Shown: positions 8,533-18,504 of the stretch, piece by piece
Position numbering within the stretch: position 1 is the stretch's first letter
Layout: every line of letters starts with the position of its first letter
From: an uncultured Peptococcaceae bacterium
GTDB taxonomy: Bacteria; Bacillota; Dehalobacteriia; UBA4068; UBA4997
Direction of reading: 5' to 3'
Assembly (NCBI GenBank): GCA_937897635.1
Contig: CALCQI010000012.1
Coordinates: 74,512-138,511 of the forward strand
Length of the DNA: 64,000 nt
Notes under the pieces: model-generated
Database searches by the model: none
What the model saw: only the letters and a program-made list of their open reading frames with translations
What the model was told of the DNA's origin: nothing
Position numbers and translations under genes: made by a program

Positions 8533-10077
8533 TTACTTATATGTTATAGCAATCATTATATCGTCATTCATTCTGGTGTAGTCTACATGGTCAATTATGG
8601 TTTTATACAGCTGGTTTTGGTCTTCCCAAGTTAGATCAGGGTTTTCTATCAAATCAACAAATTCTTTAAGGATATTTACCCTTTCTGTGCTACTTTGCTC
8701 CTGCATATATTTATATTCTATTTCAAGAAGTCTAACATCTTCGGAAAGAGCTTTCTTTTCTTCATTTAACCTTGATAAAAGTTTAGTATAAAAGTCAATT
8801 GTATAAGCACCAGCACCGAATGCTTCAACATGTCTATTTATCTCTTCCTCTTTACTTGTGATTTTCTTATTCATTATTTGAATTTTTTCAGAAATAGAAT
8901 TTAATTTTTCTAAATCTATTTGTTCTATTTCTTCCTCTATATCTTTAATATGTTTTTGAATAGCCTTATTTATCTCTTTTATTACTGGATTCATAGGAGC
9001 ACTTCGATTAGAACATTTCTTACCGTAAGGATCTACGTACCAACATTTCTTAACTGACAGCAAACCATTTCTGTCCGACCTTTCAGTAAATCCAAGAAAA
9101 TGACCACAAATGCTACACCTTAGCAACTCGGTTAAAGGATATATTTGCTTTGCTGTTGTTTTTCTTGGAGCTTTTGTTTTTCTACCTAAAAACACCTCAA
9201 TTTTGTCATGTTCTTTTTTGGTCTTTAATGCTTTGTGCAACCCTTTGTATTTTTTCCACTCGCTTTTATCTATTTTCTCACAGTTAGGAGCTTTCACTGG
9301 TTTCTTCTTGTGCCCGTTACCTTTTGTCTTACTGATTACTATATGACCTTTTTTCTTATCATCTTTATGCTCAAGATGTGTTAAATCTAAGAGCGTATCC
9401 CTTACTGTTTTGCTTGACCATAACTGGCTACCCCTGTTACCATTTGTTTTCATACCTTTTCTATTTAATTCATAAGCAATTTGATTCGTAGGCTTTTTAT
9501 ACTTAACTACAGAATCAATAATCTCTCTATATATAACAAGCTTTTCTTCATCCACTTCTAAGATTTTCTCCTCTTTGTTATATACATAGGGAAGTGGTGG
9601 TGTCCCATTTGTCCATAAACCTTTTTTTGCACCCTGTATTTTACCTCTTCTTAATCTTTTTTTAATTAATTTGTATTCCTGCCTTGCAAGAAAGCTTTTT
9701 ATATCATAGACAAACTCATCCTGTTCAGTAGATAAATCAAATACTTTACTACTCTCTATCAGATATGTTTTGCTATTTACTAAGGTTTCTTTGATTAATT
9801 CAGAATCAGCAGTACCACCTCTTGAGAGCCTATCTTGGTCTATAACCATAACAGCATCATACAGATCATCTTCCAGATCTTCAAGTAAAGCCTGTATTAT
9901 GGGTCGCATTTCAATGGTATCACCTGATACTAATTCTTTATATGTCTCGTATTTCCATCCCTTATCATTGCATATTTCTATAAGTGCATCACTATGCTTG
10001 TCAAGGTCTTTTTCAGTTTCACCCCTTGATTTTCTTAGGTATATAGCTACATCTTCAATTATTATTTCCTTATGCAC
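8533..10077 (-). CDS. Large serine recombinase (integrase)
   Basis: Catalytic 'IYLRKS', 'DQDRLSRG', recombinase domain 'PPLPY', zinc ribbon 'LRCSICG...C...C', C-terminal coiled coil. Confidence 0.95.
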   Translation of the reverse strand: MHKEIIIEDVAIYLRKSRGETEKDLDKHSDALIEICNDKGWKYETYKELVSGDTIEMRPIIQALLEDLEDDLYDAVMVIDQDRLSRGGTADSELIKETLVNSKTYLIESSKVFDLSTEQDEFVYDIKSFLARQEYKLIKKRLRRGKIQGAKKGLWTNGTPPLPYVYNKEEKILEVDEEKLVIYREIIDSVVKYKKPTNQIAYELNRKGMKTNGNRGSQLWSSKTVRDTLLDLTHLEHKDDKKKGHIVISKTKGNGHKKKPVKAPNCEKIDKSEWKKYKGLHKALKTKKEHDKIEVFLGRKTKAPRKTTAKQIYPLTELLRCSICGHFLGFTERSDRNGLLSVKKCWYVDPYGKKCSNRSAPMNPVIKEINKAIQKHIKDIEEEIEQIDLEKLNSISEKIQIMNKKITSKEEEINRHVEAFGAGAYTIDFYTKLLSRLNEEKKALSEDVRLLEIEYKYMQEQSSTERVNILKEFVDLIENPDLTWEDQNQLYKTIIDHVDYTRMNDDIMIAITYK

Positions 10078-10243
10078 TTACTTTCACCTCACTATGTAGC
10101 TTTTCTTTAATTTCAATTAATTTAATACTGAAATTTTTAATTGCTTGTGAACTGGGCATATTTACTTCTGTAACCTCAATTTTACCTGGAGATGTTACCG
10201 TCCCGTTAGTAGTTTTGTCAACGTTTTCTTTATTTTTTTTCAA
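10070..10243 (-). CDS. Small protein overlapping the integrase start; candidate recombination directionality factor
   Basis: AGGAGG RBS before the TTG at 10243; stop overlaps the integrase start. Function inferred from position only. Confidence 0.45.
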   Translation of the reverse strand: MKKNKENVDKTTNGTVTSPGKIEVTEVNMPSSQAIKNFSIKLIEIKEKLHSEVKVSA

Positions 10244-10425
10244 TGCAAACCCTCCTAAATTTTCGTTTGCATTGATTACTTTCATCTGTTATAAAAACAG
10301 TTCGCATTTATAGTTCAACTGCTATCTACTTTTTCATTTATGTCCTTTTTATAAATAAAAAAAGCAGCCCTTGGTGTTAGACAAGCTCATAACACAAAGG
10401 AATGCTCTTAATAATACTGTTCAGA

Positions 10426-11010
10426 TTAGTTGGGAAGTTTCACATGATTTTGAAGTGCTTGTTCTACAAGCCGAGGTTGTAAACCAATGTACCGTTGGGT
10501 CACTAAATTACTACTATGTTGCATCAGCACCCTGCATAATTCAATATTGAACTGGTTGTTATTATAAATCTGGGTGCAGAAGAATTTTCTTAGGGAATGC
10601 GTCCCAATACCCTCTAATCCTAAATAATCTGCAGTTATTTTAAGGTGCTTTTGTACTGCCCTAACTCCTATACTGAATAATCTCTGATTTGGTTTTATAC
10701 CCATTTCAAGCATATATCTCAATATATAGTTATAAACCTCCTCTGGAATAGTAAACTCTCTTTTCTTGCCAGTTTTCTTTTCTACAATGTTAAGTCTATA
10801 TCTACCCGCGTCTTTTACTATATCTGATAATTTCAAATTAATGCAATCCGATATGCGAAGACCCAAATTTCCTTGTAGAGTAAGTATCATGCTGATCTGC
10901 GGATTTCCATGTACTCTTTTACCATCTTTAGTTATAAACCCATTATTTATTGTATCTAACAGAAGAAAAAACTCTTCTTCACTTACAGCTCGTGTCCGTT
11001 TATTTGCCAT
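10426..11010 (-). CDS. Small tyrosine recombinase (catalytic domain only)
   Basis: 'GLRISD', 'HSLRK', 'MQHSS..VTQRY': R-H-R-H-Y residues present. Confidence 0.88.
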   Translation of the reverse strand: MANKRTRAVSEEEFFLLLDTINNGFITKDGKRVHGNPQISMILTLQGNLGLRISDCINLKLSDIVKDAGRYRLNIVEKKTGKKREFTIPEEVYNYILRYMLEMGIKPNQRLFSIGVRAVQKHLKITADYLGLEGIGTHSLRKFFCTQIYNNNQFNIELCRVLMQHSSNLVTQRYIGLQPRLVEQALQNHVKLPN

Positions 11011-11183
11011 TCTTTATTTCCACCTCCTGGTCAATGATTTTTCTGAAATAGTACATTAAATTCTTAATTTTAGTTCGTATATTAAACTTTTATGATCTAT
11101 CATTTAATGCTAAAAAATAAAACCCCTGATATATCTCAATAGTAGAAATTTGTATAATTTAACGAACAAGTGATGATATGTAT

Positions 11184-11744
11184 TTATTCCTGCTTGTCAA
11201 TTTCTTTCAATGCTCTATATAGGGTAGAGGATGAGACTCCTGAAAGTTGCTCAATCTCTGCTGTGGTAAAAGCACCAGTTTTATACAAGCGGATCGCTTT
11301 AGCTGTTTCTTCTGTCTTTGCCTTTCTGCCGATGGTTCCCTTTTCTTTTGCATTCTCATATCCTTGTTTTCTACGTTTTTCAGAATAAAAATTTGTAATT
11401 TGAATAAACCCGCTTAACATTGTAAAGTAATTTTCACCTGATAAATATGGTTCGGATATGCTACACAATATAATACCCTTGTCCTGCAAATCGGAGAGAA
11501 TACCGAGAAGACCCTTTGCTGTATCAGATATATCAACTACGGAACGAATTACAAGCCTCTTGCTACTCGCTTCTATAAGAGTGTTATCCAAATCATCTAA
11601 AAGCTTTTCAAGATCATCCCTGTAACCTGCTGTGTCGGAGTAGACAAATTCATCATCAATTTCCAAATCATTTATAATCTTAAAAAGCGCGGTGTTATCT
11701 ATGTATTCATCTGTTGTATTTTCAATAAAATACGCTAAATCCAT
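11184..11744 (-). CDS. Degenerate resolvase/invertase-like protein with C-terminal HTH
   Basis: C-terminal 'GRK...AIRLY...EIEQLSGVSSSTLYRAL' resolvase HTH; canonical N-terminal YxRxS not recognisable. Confidence 0.65.
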   Translation of the reverse strand: MDLAYFIENTTDEYIDNTALFKIINDLEIDDEFVYSDTAGYRDDLEKLLDDLDNTLIEASSKRLVIRSVVDISDTAKGLLGILSDLQDKGIILCSISEPYLSGENYFTMLSGFIQITNFYSEKRRKQGYENAKEKGTIGRKAKTEETAKAIRLYKTGAFTTAEIEQLSGVSSSTLYRALKEIDKQE

Positions 11745-11986
11745 TATTTGTTGTCCTCCTTTCCCACAATCTCATGAGATAATAGTAATTTCAATATCTC
11801 TATTTATTTTAATAACATGGACTTCGGCTTTCCCACAATAGAAACGTATATCTTCTTTTTTAAAATCATAGAGCTACAAAGGTAGTTATGAGTAAAAAAA
11901 ATAAACAATGTATTGTGGGAAAGCTTTCAAAATTATCATTTTGATAGTCCTTTAATTCTTAAGGTTTTGAAGTTCCCAAAACCTAA

Positions 11987-12166
11987 TTACTCATTTTCGG
12001 GCCAATCATACTCTGAGTTAGTGAAATCCAGCATCTGTGCGGATAAGGTTATCGTTCCGTCATCGTTTAATGCGATGCCCACTTCACCATTTTGAGTATT
12101 AATCTGCTTAAGTACGGTATAGGTATGCTTTGGAACCTTGAAAGTTACTGCTATATCACAAATCAT
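11987..12166 (-). CDS. Hypothetical small protein
   Basis: AAGGAGG RBS before MICDIA; no motif recognised. Confidence 0.45.
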   Translation of the reverse strand: MICDIAVTFKVPKHTYTVLKQINTQNGEVGIALNDDGTITLSAQMLDFTNSEYDWPENE

Positions 12167-12218
12167 AATGCGGTCCTCCTTATAGTATTTGATAATAGAG
12201 TAGAGTAAATTGCTTGGA

Positions 12219-12611
12219 TTAAAACTCTGTATCTTCATCTTCTTCCCAATCCAATTCCCATTCTTCATCCATTTCCTTTAACATCTGCTTATCAACAATC
12301 TGTTCATCTTCCAACGCGTAGTAGTCATCAATTATCTGGTAAACAAGTTGTCTTAATTTGTTGTAATCATTGAGTTGCTTGACTGTATACATTTGCGTTA
12401 AGCCATTCCACTTATTATTCTCTACATTGGATAGATAGCAGGATACAATAAGCTGTGGGCCATCTACTCCATCTTCGTCAACTTCCAGTTCCAGCGAACC
12501 TATTTTAGTGTTAAACATAGCCTGTAAAAGCTTAGAAATAGTTTCTGTAACAGGTATAGATACAAGCGATGATGCTGGAACTACGAATGGATCATTAAAT
12601 TTATCTTTCAT
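12219..12611 (-). CDS. Hypothetical acidic protein
   Basis: 130-aa ORF with a GGGGG RBS-like site; no motif recognised. Confidence 0.55.
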   Translation of the reverse strand: MKDKFNDPFVVPASSLVSIPVTETISKLLQAMFNTKIGSLELEVDEDGVDGPQLIVSCYLSNVENNKWNGLTQMYTVKQLNDYNKLRQLVYQIIDDYYALEDEQIVDKQMLKEMDEEWELDWEEDEDTEF

Positions 12612-12775
12612 TTGAAAGCCCCCTTATATAAGTTTGTATTTCTAATTTCAATCAATATAGGTCTTACTGCAGTGTCTGAAATAATCTTTGTCCAAAATTA
12701 TTCTTTTTTGTCCATTCTGTAGTTCCATTAGTTAAAAGATATTTTACATAAAGACTTTGAATAAAAATTGACAAC

Positions 12776-12807
12776 AAAAAATCCCGCATTGAACATGCGG
12801 GATTTTT
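12776..12807. terminator. Bidirectional intrinsic terminator
   Basis: aaaaaatcccgcat-tgaac-atgcgggattttt. Confidence 0.75.
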
Positions 12808-12953
12808 AAAGCAATATCTTTATTTAATTTTCAGGTAGTTATAAATCTATTCTCTTTGAATCATATACTATTGCATTTATATATGATCCTGTCACTACCG
12901 ATAAGAAAGAATAATCACAGATATTACTATAAATACTATTCTTCTCTTATTGT

Positions 12954-14732
12954 TCATTTCTTTAAAATTGAAGATACATCTATATCAAATATTTCGCCTA
13001 TATTACTACACAACCAATTAAACCTATCATTTACTGATTCTTCATTCCATTGTTTCTTATATAAACCTGCTTTGTAGTCATTAACAATCTTCTGCGATAT
13101 TTGATATACAGTCGTTTGACCTTGTTTTGTAGCCGTTTTATTACCTTTTCTATCTAACCCCTGATAGATAAATATTTTATCCTTAAAAGGGAAATTTTGT
13201 GCTGACCTATTTTTGGTCCCGCTCAATAGCGTTAAATTACCCAAGGTGTTAAGATATTCTGGTCCTTCAGGGAACATCGTTACCCAAGGGCTATCTTCTT
13301 CTGGCTTTTGGGGGTATACATGTTCCACGTTCAAAGATTTATAATCAAGTGATATAAAAGCAACTTCATCTTCATCTGTTTGGTAATACTCTACAACTGC
13401 AAGAACAGCCTTTAGCCACCCCTCAAAGTATACTTCACCTTCCAATTTACTCAATACAATGTCCTTTATATTTAGGTTTTTGAGTTTCTCATCCATAAGT
13501 GCTTTTAAGTTTTTGAAAGATTCCTTATTCTTAATACCGACTATAATGTTAAATAAGGTTTGTTTTAAGCTGGTTAAGGTTATGCCTGCTATAAAATTCA
13601 AATAAAAAAAGTTTCTTAAAGCTAATCGTAGTTCTTCTTTTTCTTTGTAATCTACATGTTCTATTGTTATTAGCATTGTAGCCCAATATGTACCCCAAGG
13701 TAAGTACCAGAAACTGCTGATCAACTTATCTGCTGAGTTATATATCGCCTTATACTCTTCCGCAAACTTCTTAAAATCTCGAAGAACTGTATTAGAATCT
13801 TTACCTTTGAATAGGATCTTTAATTCATCTACTAAGGATTTTTTAGGATTGCTACCCAATAGGTAATATTCATAATATGTAAAAAGGTCTGTTAAGCTAT
13901 CATCAAGCTCCTTGACCCACTCCTCACACATTCGCCAATCATGCATAAAAACTTCTCTACCATGATTGTCATTCACCAAACCAGAAAGCAAATAACCCTT
14001 TATAATGTCTGCTGCTGATAAATCCATACCTCTATCATTAAGAACTTGAAACAGTTTAATTGCAAAACTCTCTTCAAAACAAGTTATTTTTATCATTTTT
14101 ATTTGATTCATTAAATAGTTTATGAACTTTCCAGTCTTTTCTTCTCCTAACTCTTTTATGTGATTATAGCAAATTACCGCAGTATTCTTATATCGGTACT
14201 TTGCATCTGATTCAATTTGCTTTTTAGAAGGTTTTTCATAAGTAGAAAAATCAATATCCTCATCAAAAATCAATTCTTGGACATTACTTGATTGAGAAAC
14301 ATCTGTTTGCAATCTTAATCTGGTTAACTCATTCGTATCTGCTATACAGCTTTTGATTTTACCCATTTTCACTACATCTGGAAACTCATTAACATCAACC
14401 AATTTATTGATTTTAGGGTAAGTTTGCCTGATTGTACAAAGTAGTATCATTAAGGTTGTAAGTCTTTGCTGTCCATCTACGACGTCTTCCATTTTCCCCT
14501 TTTTAACTACAATTAGGGAACCTAAGAAATAGTTACTATCAAGAGTTTCATCCTCTTTGTTATTTTCATATGCTTCAAGCAAGTCTTCCCATAATTGCTC
14601 TACCTGATCATCTACCCAAGAGTAAGGTCGCTGATAGTCAGGTATCTGAAAAATGACATCCCCACTTGTAAATACATCAGCTAATGATAGACTTGCTGGC
14701 ACAAATAAATCTGCTTTTGGATTACCTGCCAT
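12954..14732 (-). CDS. DUF262-DUF1524 (GmrSD-like) modification-dependent restriction protein
   Basis: 'IPDYQRPYSW', 'VDGQQRLTT', 'FQVLNDRG', C-terminal 'VEHVYPQ...LGNLTLL...N'. Confidence 0.9.
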   Translation of the reverse strand: MAGNPKADLFVPASLSLADVFTSGDVIFQIPDYQRPYSWVDDQVEQLWEDLLEAYENNKEDETLDSNYFLGSLIVVKKGKMEDVVDGQQRLTTLMILLCTIRQTYPKINKLVDVNEFPDVVKMGKIKSCIADTNELTRLRLQTDVSQSSNVQELIFDEDIDFSTYEKPSKKQIESDAKYRYKNTAVICYNHIKELGEEKTGKFINYLMNQIKMIKITCFEESFAIKLFQVLNDRGMDLSAADIIKGYLLSGLVNDNHGREVFMHDWRMCEEWVKELDDSLTDLFTYYEYYLLGSNPKKSLVDELKILFKGKDSNTVLRDFKKFAEEYKAIYNSADKLISSFWYLPWGTYWATMLITIEHVDYKEKEELRLALRNFFYLNFIAGITLTSLKQTLFNIIVGIKNKESFKNLKALMDEKLKNLNIKDIVLSKLEGEVYFEGWLKAVLAVVEYYQTDEDEVAFISLDYKSLNVEHVYPQKPEEDSPWVTMFPEGPEYLNTLGNLTLLSGTKNRSAQNFPFKDKIFIYQGLDRKGNKTATKQGQTTVYQISQKIVNDYKAGLYKKQWNEESVNDRFNWLCSNIGEIFDIDVSSILKK

Positions 14733-14887
14733 TCAATTAAACCTCCCAATATTTTCTTCTACCCCAAATATTCCTCTGTATTGACTACAAAATACAATGA
14801 TTCACAGAACTCAAGGTGTAGCTCACTTAATTCTTATATTTCTTACTTAATTTTTATATTGTTTTACATTCGTTATTCTTTTCAATA

Positions 14888-16258
14888 TTAGAAATCACTA
14901 ATAGGAACCTCTATTCTACCTATACCCATACACACATTATTTTTAACTATATAGCATTCAACAAAATGAGAACCTCTAAAATTACTCTCTTCACGTTGGT
15001 GGTCTTTATTAGTTTTAATAATTTGCCCTCTAATCATATTTCTTTCTAATGCAATTACTCCATGATTTCTTACTTTCCAATAAATATCATAAGGTTTAGG
15101 TGCATTCGTATATGAAATGTAAAAATCTAACTTTTTACTCTTTCTAAGTGGTTGCTTGTTTTTCAATAATGTACGTAGTAATTGTGTTTCCCAACCATCT
15201 TGAGTAACCTTGCATTCAACTTCCACACTATATTTTAGATTTATTGGCATTATATTTTCTATAAATTCCTCAGTATCATCATAAAATACCTCATTCAAAC
15301 TACTTTTCTCTATTTGAGCAAAGTTTCTTGAACTCTCTTCAACAGCCTCCTCTGAATTCCAATAATCATGGTTAAAGAATGTATTCCAAGCATCTTTTGC
15401 TTGTTTCTTATTACAATCATTATTAAATAAAACATCTAAATTATTAAGTTTTTCATCAAGTCTATTATAATAATTTTCTACTTTTGTTACATCATCTTGT
15501 GTCAACAACAATGTTTGTGAAGTATCGGTAGGATTATATACTTCCTTGTTTGCATATAACCTATTTTTCACTTCTTTCATTGTATAATAAAACATTTCAT
15601 CCATTCTATTATAGCTTTGTATCTTTTCATCACATAAAACAGTTTGTATCAAACCACCAGGCATTTTCCAGCTTGTCCTGGATTTACAGAACATCTTAGA
15701 TAATCGGATGGCTTGCCTTAGTTTTTCACCATTTGATTTGATTTCACCCTTAAACCAATTGTTTATTGCTCTTGGGTCTCTACCTCTCCAAATACTACCA
15801 GCATGCTCATATGTATAACCTCCGTCATCCTTTTTGTCTCTTCTATATATAGCAAAATCAACATGGTAGTTATCTGCATATACAATCCTTACACAATTAG
15901 TTTTTGCCTCTGGTGATGTTTTAAAGTTCGTGCATTTTCTATTTAATGCATCTACAATTACATTTTTAACTGCAATGGAACCTAACCCATTCAAATTATC
16001 TTTATCAAATATAATAGCTACATCAATATCGTAATCATTTGCTTCATTTTGGGTAACGGTTGACATAGCTATACTACCCTGTTCTAATGTTTCTGCAACT
16101 TTATAATTAGTGTTGTTTTCTGAATTATACTCTTCTAATCCACTTTTTAATCTATCTATATTTAATCTTTTCTTTTCTCTTAAATTACTTGTTTCTTCAC
16201 TTGATAGTATAACTTCATTATAGTAAAACTTTTTGAATTCTTTCGACAAATCATACAT
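14888..16258 (-). CDS. CBASS CD-NTase (SMODS nucleotidyltransferase) with C-terminal AGS-C-like domain
   Basis: 'QGSIAMST...DYDIDVAI', 'YHVDFAIYR'; C-terminal 'YWKVRNHG..A...IRGQI...E...FRGSHFVECY'. Confidence 0.88.
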   Translation of the reverse strand: MYDLSKEFKKFYYNEVILSSEETSNLREKKRLNIDRLKSGLEEYNSENNTNYKVAETLEQGSIAMSTVTQNEANDYDIDVAIIFDKDNLNGLGSIAVKNVIVDALNRKCTNFKTSPEAKTNCVRIVYADNYHVDFAIYRRDKKDDGGYTYEHAGSIWRGRDPRAINNWFKGEIKSNGEKLRQAIRLSKMFCKSRTSWKMPGGLIQTVLCDEKIQSYNRMDEMFYYTMKEVKNRLYANKEVYNPTDTSQTLLLTQDDVTKVENYYNRLDEKLNNLDVLFNNDCNKKQAKDAWNTFFNHDYWNSEEAVEESSRNFAQIEKSSLNEVFYDDTEEFIENIMPINLKYSVEVECKVTQDGWETQLLRTLLKNKQPLRKSKKLDFYISYTNAPKPYDIYWKVRNHGVIALERNMIRGQIIKTNKDHQREESNFRGSHFVECYIVKNNVCMGIGRIEVPISDF

Positions 16259-16264
16259 TATTGG

Positions 16265-17383
16265 CTACACCTCTTTTCTTATCAACTCACCTTTATGAGA
16301 GCCATTTATCACTATACCCCAAGGATATTTTACTTCATTTTGATTTTCAAACTGATAACTTATTACCTGTGGTATCCGTGTAGAATCCACACACCTCTTA
16401 CCTATTTCAAAAGCTAAACAGCTTTGTCCTGAATAAACAAAGTGAATCTTAACTAAATTTGGAAAGTCCCTACTCAATTTTTCGAACTTATCCATTATCA
16501 CATTTACATATTCATTCAGTTGTTGCTTGTACCTTATAATATTATCTTCTGGATTATCAACTTCATATTTAACAACGTTACAAGTGTTAATAAATTGATT
16601 TAATTGAGAATCTGAAATTTTTCGAGTTAATGAAACTGCTACAACAATTTCACTCTTAGTCTCATCAAATTTATTTAGATTTGTATAATCCTTAAGCTCT
16701 GCACATTTATTTATTATCGATTTATCTTTTAAAGTATAGTAGTTTTTTGATTTTATCTTATCGTACTCATAATATTCATCTATTTTTACCCTATCCATAA
16801 AAGTACCAGCATACATAATGAAAGGAATTGGTGCAATTCCTGTATATCCTTTAGTTATTTTAGACGTTTCATTTTTAAAAGCCGTAACTTTATCTTTAAT
16901 TTCAGCTTTAATACACTCGAAACTATCAATATCTTTCTTAATACTGAAAAGATGCCGATATATATTGATAAAGTCTATCTCTCTTTCCTTGAAATCACTG
17001 TTCTGTATCTTTATTGCTGGAATATAAGACTCAACTCTCATAGTTGAATAGCCATTTATATTTAATACATATAATCTTTTTCTGCTCTACAATCTCAATG
17101 CTACTGCTAATAATATAAGGACACAACCCAAACCAAAATAAAATTTATTAAACTCACCTGCCAATGAAACTGCATTATCATATTGTGCCATAACCCCGAC
17201 TCCGACCAAAACCTTGTCAAAAAAGCTACTTGAAGATGAAACTATTAGCAACATACCATTTGAAAATAATACAGTAGCAAAGCTATTCTCTCTATTGTTT
17301 TTTCTGAATTGCCTATATGAAAAATAACCACCTATACAAATAATCAGTAATAAAACACCTATAATTATTGTCTTCACATCCAT
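16265..17383 (-). pseudogene. CBASS TM-SAVED effector interrupted by an in-frame TAG (17087-17089)
   Basis: The two track ORFs are in one frame: ...ALRL*SRKRLYVLNINGYSTMRVE.... TM N-terminus; SAVED features 'GIAPIPF..YAG', 'IHFVYSG...AFEIG', 'YPWGI'. Confidence 0.8.
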
Positions 17384-17395
17384 AATAGCTACCTC

Positions 17396-18406
17396 CTACT
17401 TATAATCAAAACCTAACTGCCAAAAAGCCATATCCAAAATTTTCATTTGAGGATACTCTACTTGGCGTGCCTGTGATATGGTTTTTCTAACATTTTCAAG
17501 TTCGTATTTATTATCTTCGTAATAATCTGCCAACCCTTTTATTGAAGATTTACCTAATAACTGCGCTGTAATATTGAATTTTCCTACTCCCTTTTTGAAA
17601 TATTCATCATAAGCAGCTACACAACCCATAGTTCCCAATAAGACCTTTGTTACAAGAATATCTGAAATATCTGTACCTACTTCCTTGATATTTCTTCTCT
17701 TTTTTCTGTAAATAGTCTTTAGGTTCTCAATAAGTATCATTAAAACTTCAAGATTATCCTGTTTCTGCAACTCTATGTAGTCAATGGACCAAAGGTTATT
17801 GTATAATGGTTTATATAATTCTTTGATAATATCAATATGTACTCTGTAATCTTTTTGAAGCAGAAAGCTACTACCTCGGAGCATACCCCAAGATGCAAGA
17901 TAAAAGGCTAAATGTAATGAAAGATAATCCATTTCCTCTTCAGTTAAATTACTTTTCTTATGAGCCTTAACAAATTGTTTGTAGCAATGTTCCCATGAGA
18001 GATACCTTGCATTTTCATCAGCTTCTAAATCTGAATAAAACTTGTTTATACCCGACAATACTATTTCTATAGAAACAATTGGCTGCTTTCTTATAAAGCT
18101 AAAACTATATGAAGTGGCTATTGGATCCGAGACGGGTCTTGGTGCAGCATTCATTGTATCTATCTTTTTGAATGTTACTCTCTGCTCCTTCAAATTCAAA
18201 TAGGTCATCTTATACCCGTTATCTATCCAACAATTAGGGAAAGTATGGGTGTTGTCAGCATACCAATATTCTTTATGGTTGTATGCTGAATAACATAGTT
18301 TTTCTCCAACTATGCTTTCTATTTGCGCAAAAGTAATTGTGATATCATCTGCTTTTAACTCTGAAAAATACCTGTTTAACCCTGCAAACTTGTCTCCTCT
18401 ACCCAT
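17396..18406 (-). CDS. Two-domain hypothetical protein in the defence island
   Basis: Small N-terminal domain 'FAQIESIVG..L..SA...YW'; C-terminal 'LAFYLASWGM...TKVLLG...YD.YF...KILDMAFW'. Confidence 0.7.
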   Translation of the reverse strand: MGRGDKFAGLNRYFSELKADDITITFAQIESIVGEKLCYSAYNHKEYWYADNTHTFPNCWIDNGYKMTYLNLKEQRVTFKKIDTMNAAPRPVSDPIATSYSFSFIRKQPIVSIEIVLSGINKFYSDLEADENARYLSWEHCYKQFVKAHKKSNLTEEEMDYLSLHLAFYLASWGMLRGSSFLLQKDYRVHIDIIKELYKPLYNNLWSIDYIELQKQDNLEVLMILIENLKTIYRKKRRNIKEVGTDISDILVTKVLLGTMGCVAAYDEYFKKGVGKFNITAQLLGKSSIKGLADYYEDNKYELENVRKTISQARQVEYPQMKILDMAFWQLGFDYK

Positions 18407-18504
18407 AACCTCACCACCTTAAAATATAATTGGTTCTACTTTATAAAATCACCTCCAATGTCAAGGATGTTCTTAGATAAGCTAAATATAATAATCTACC
18501 ATAT

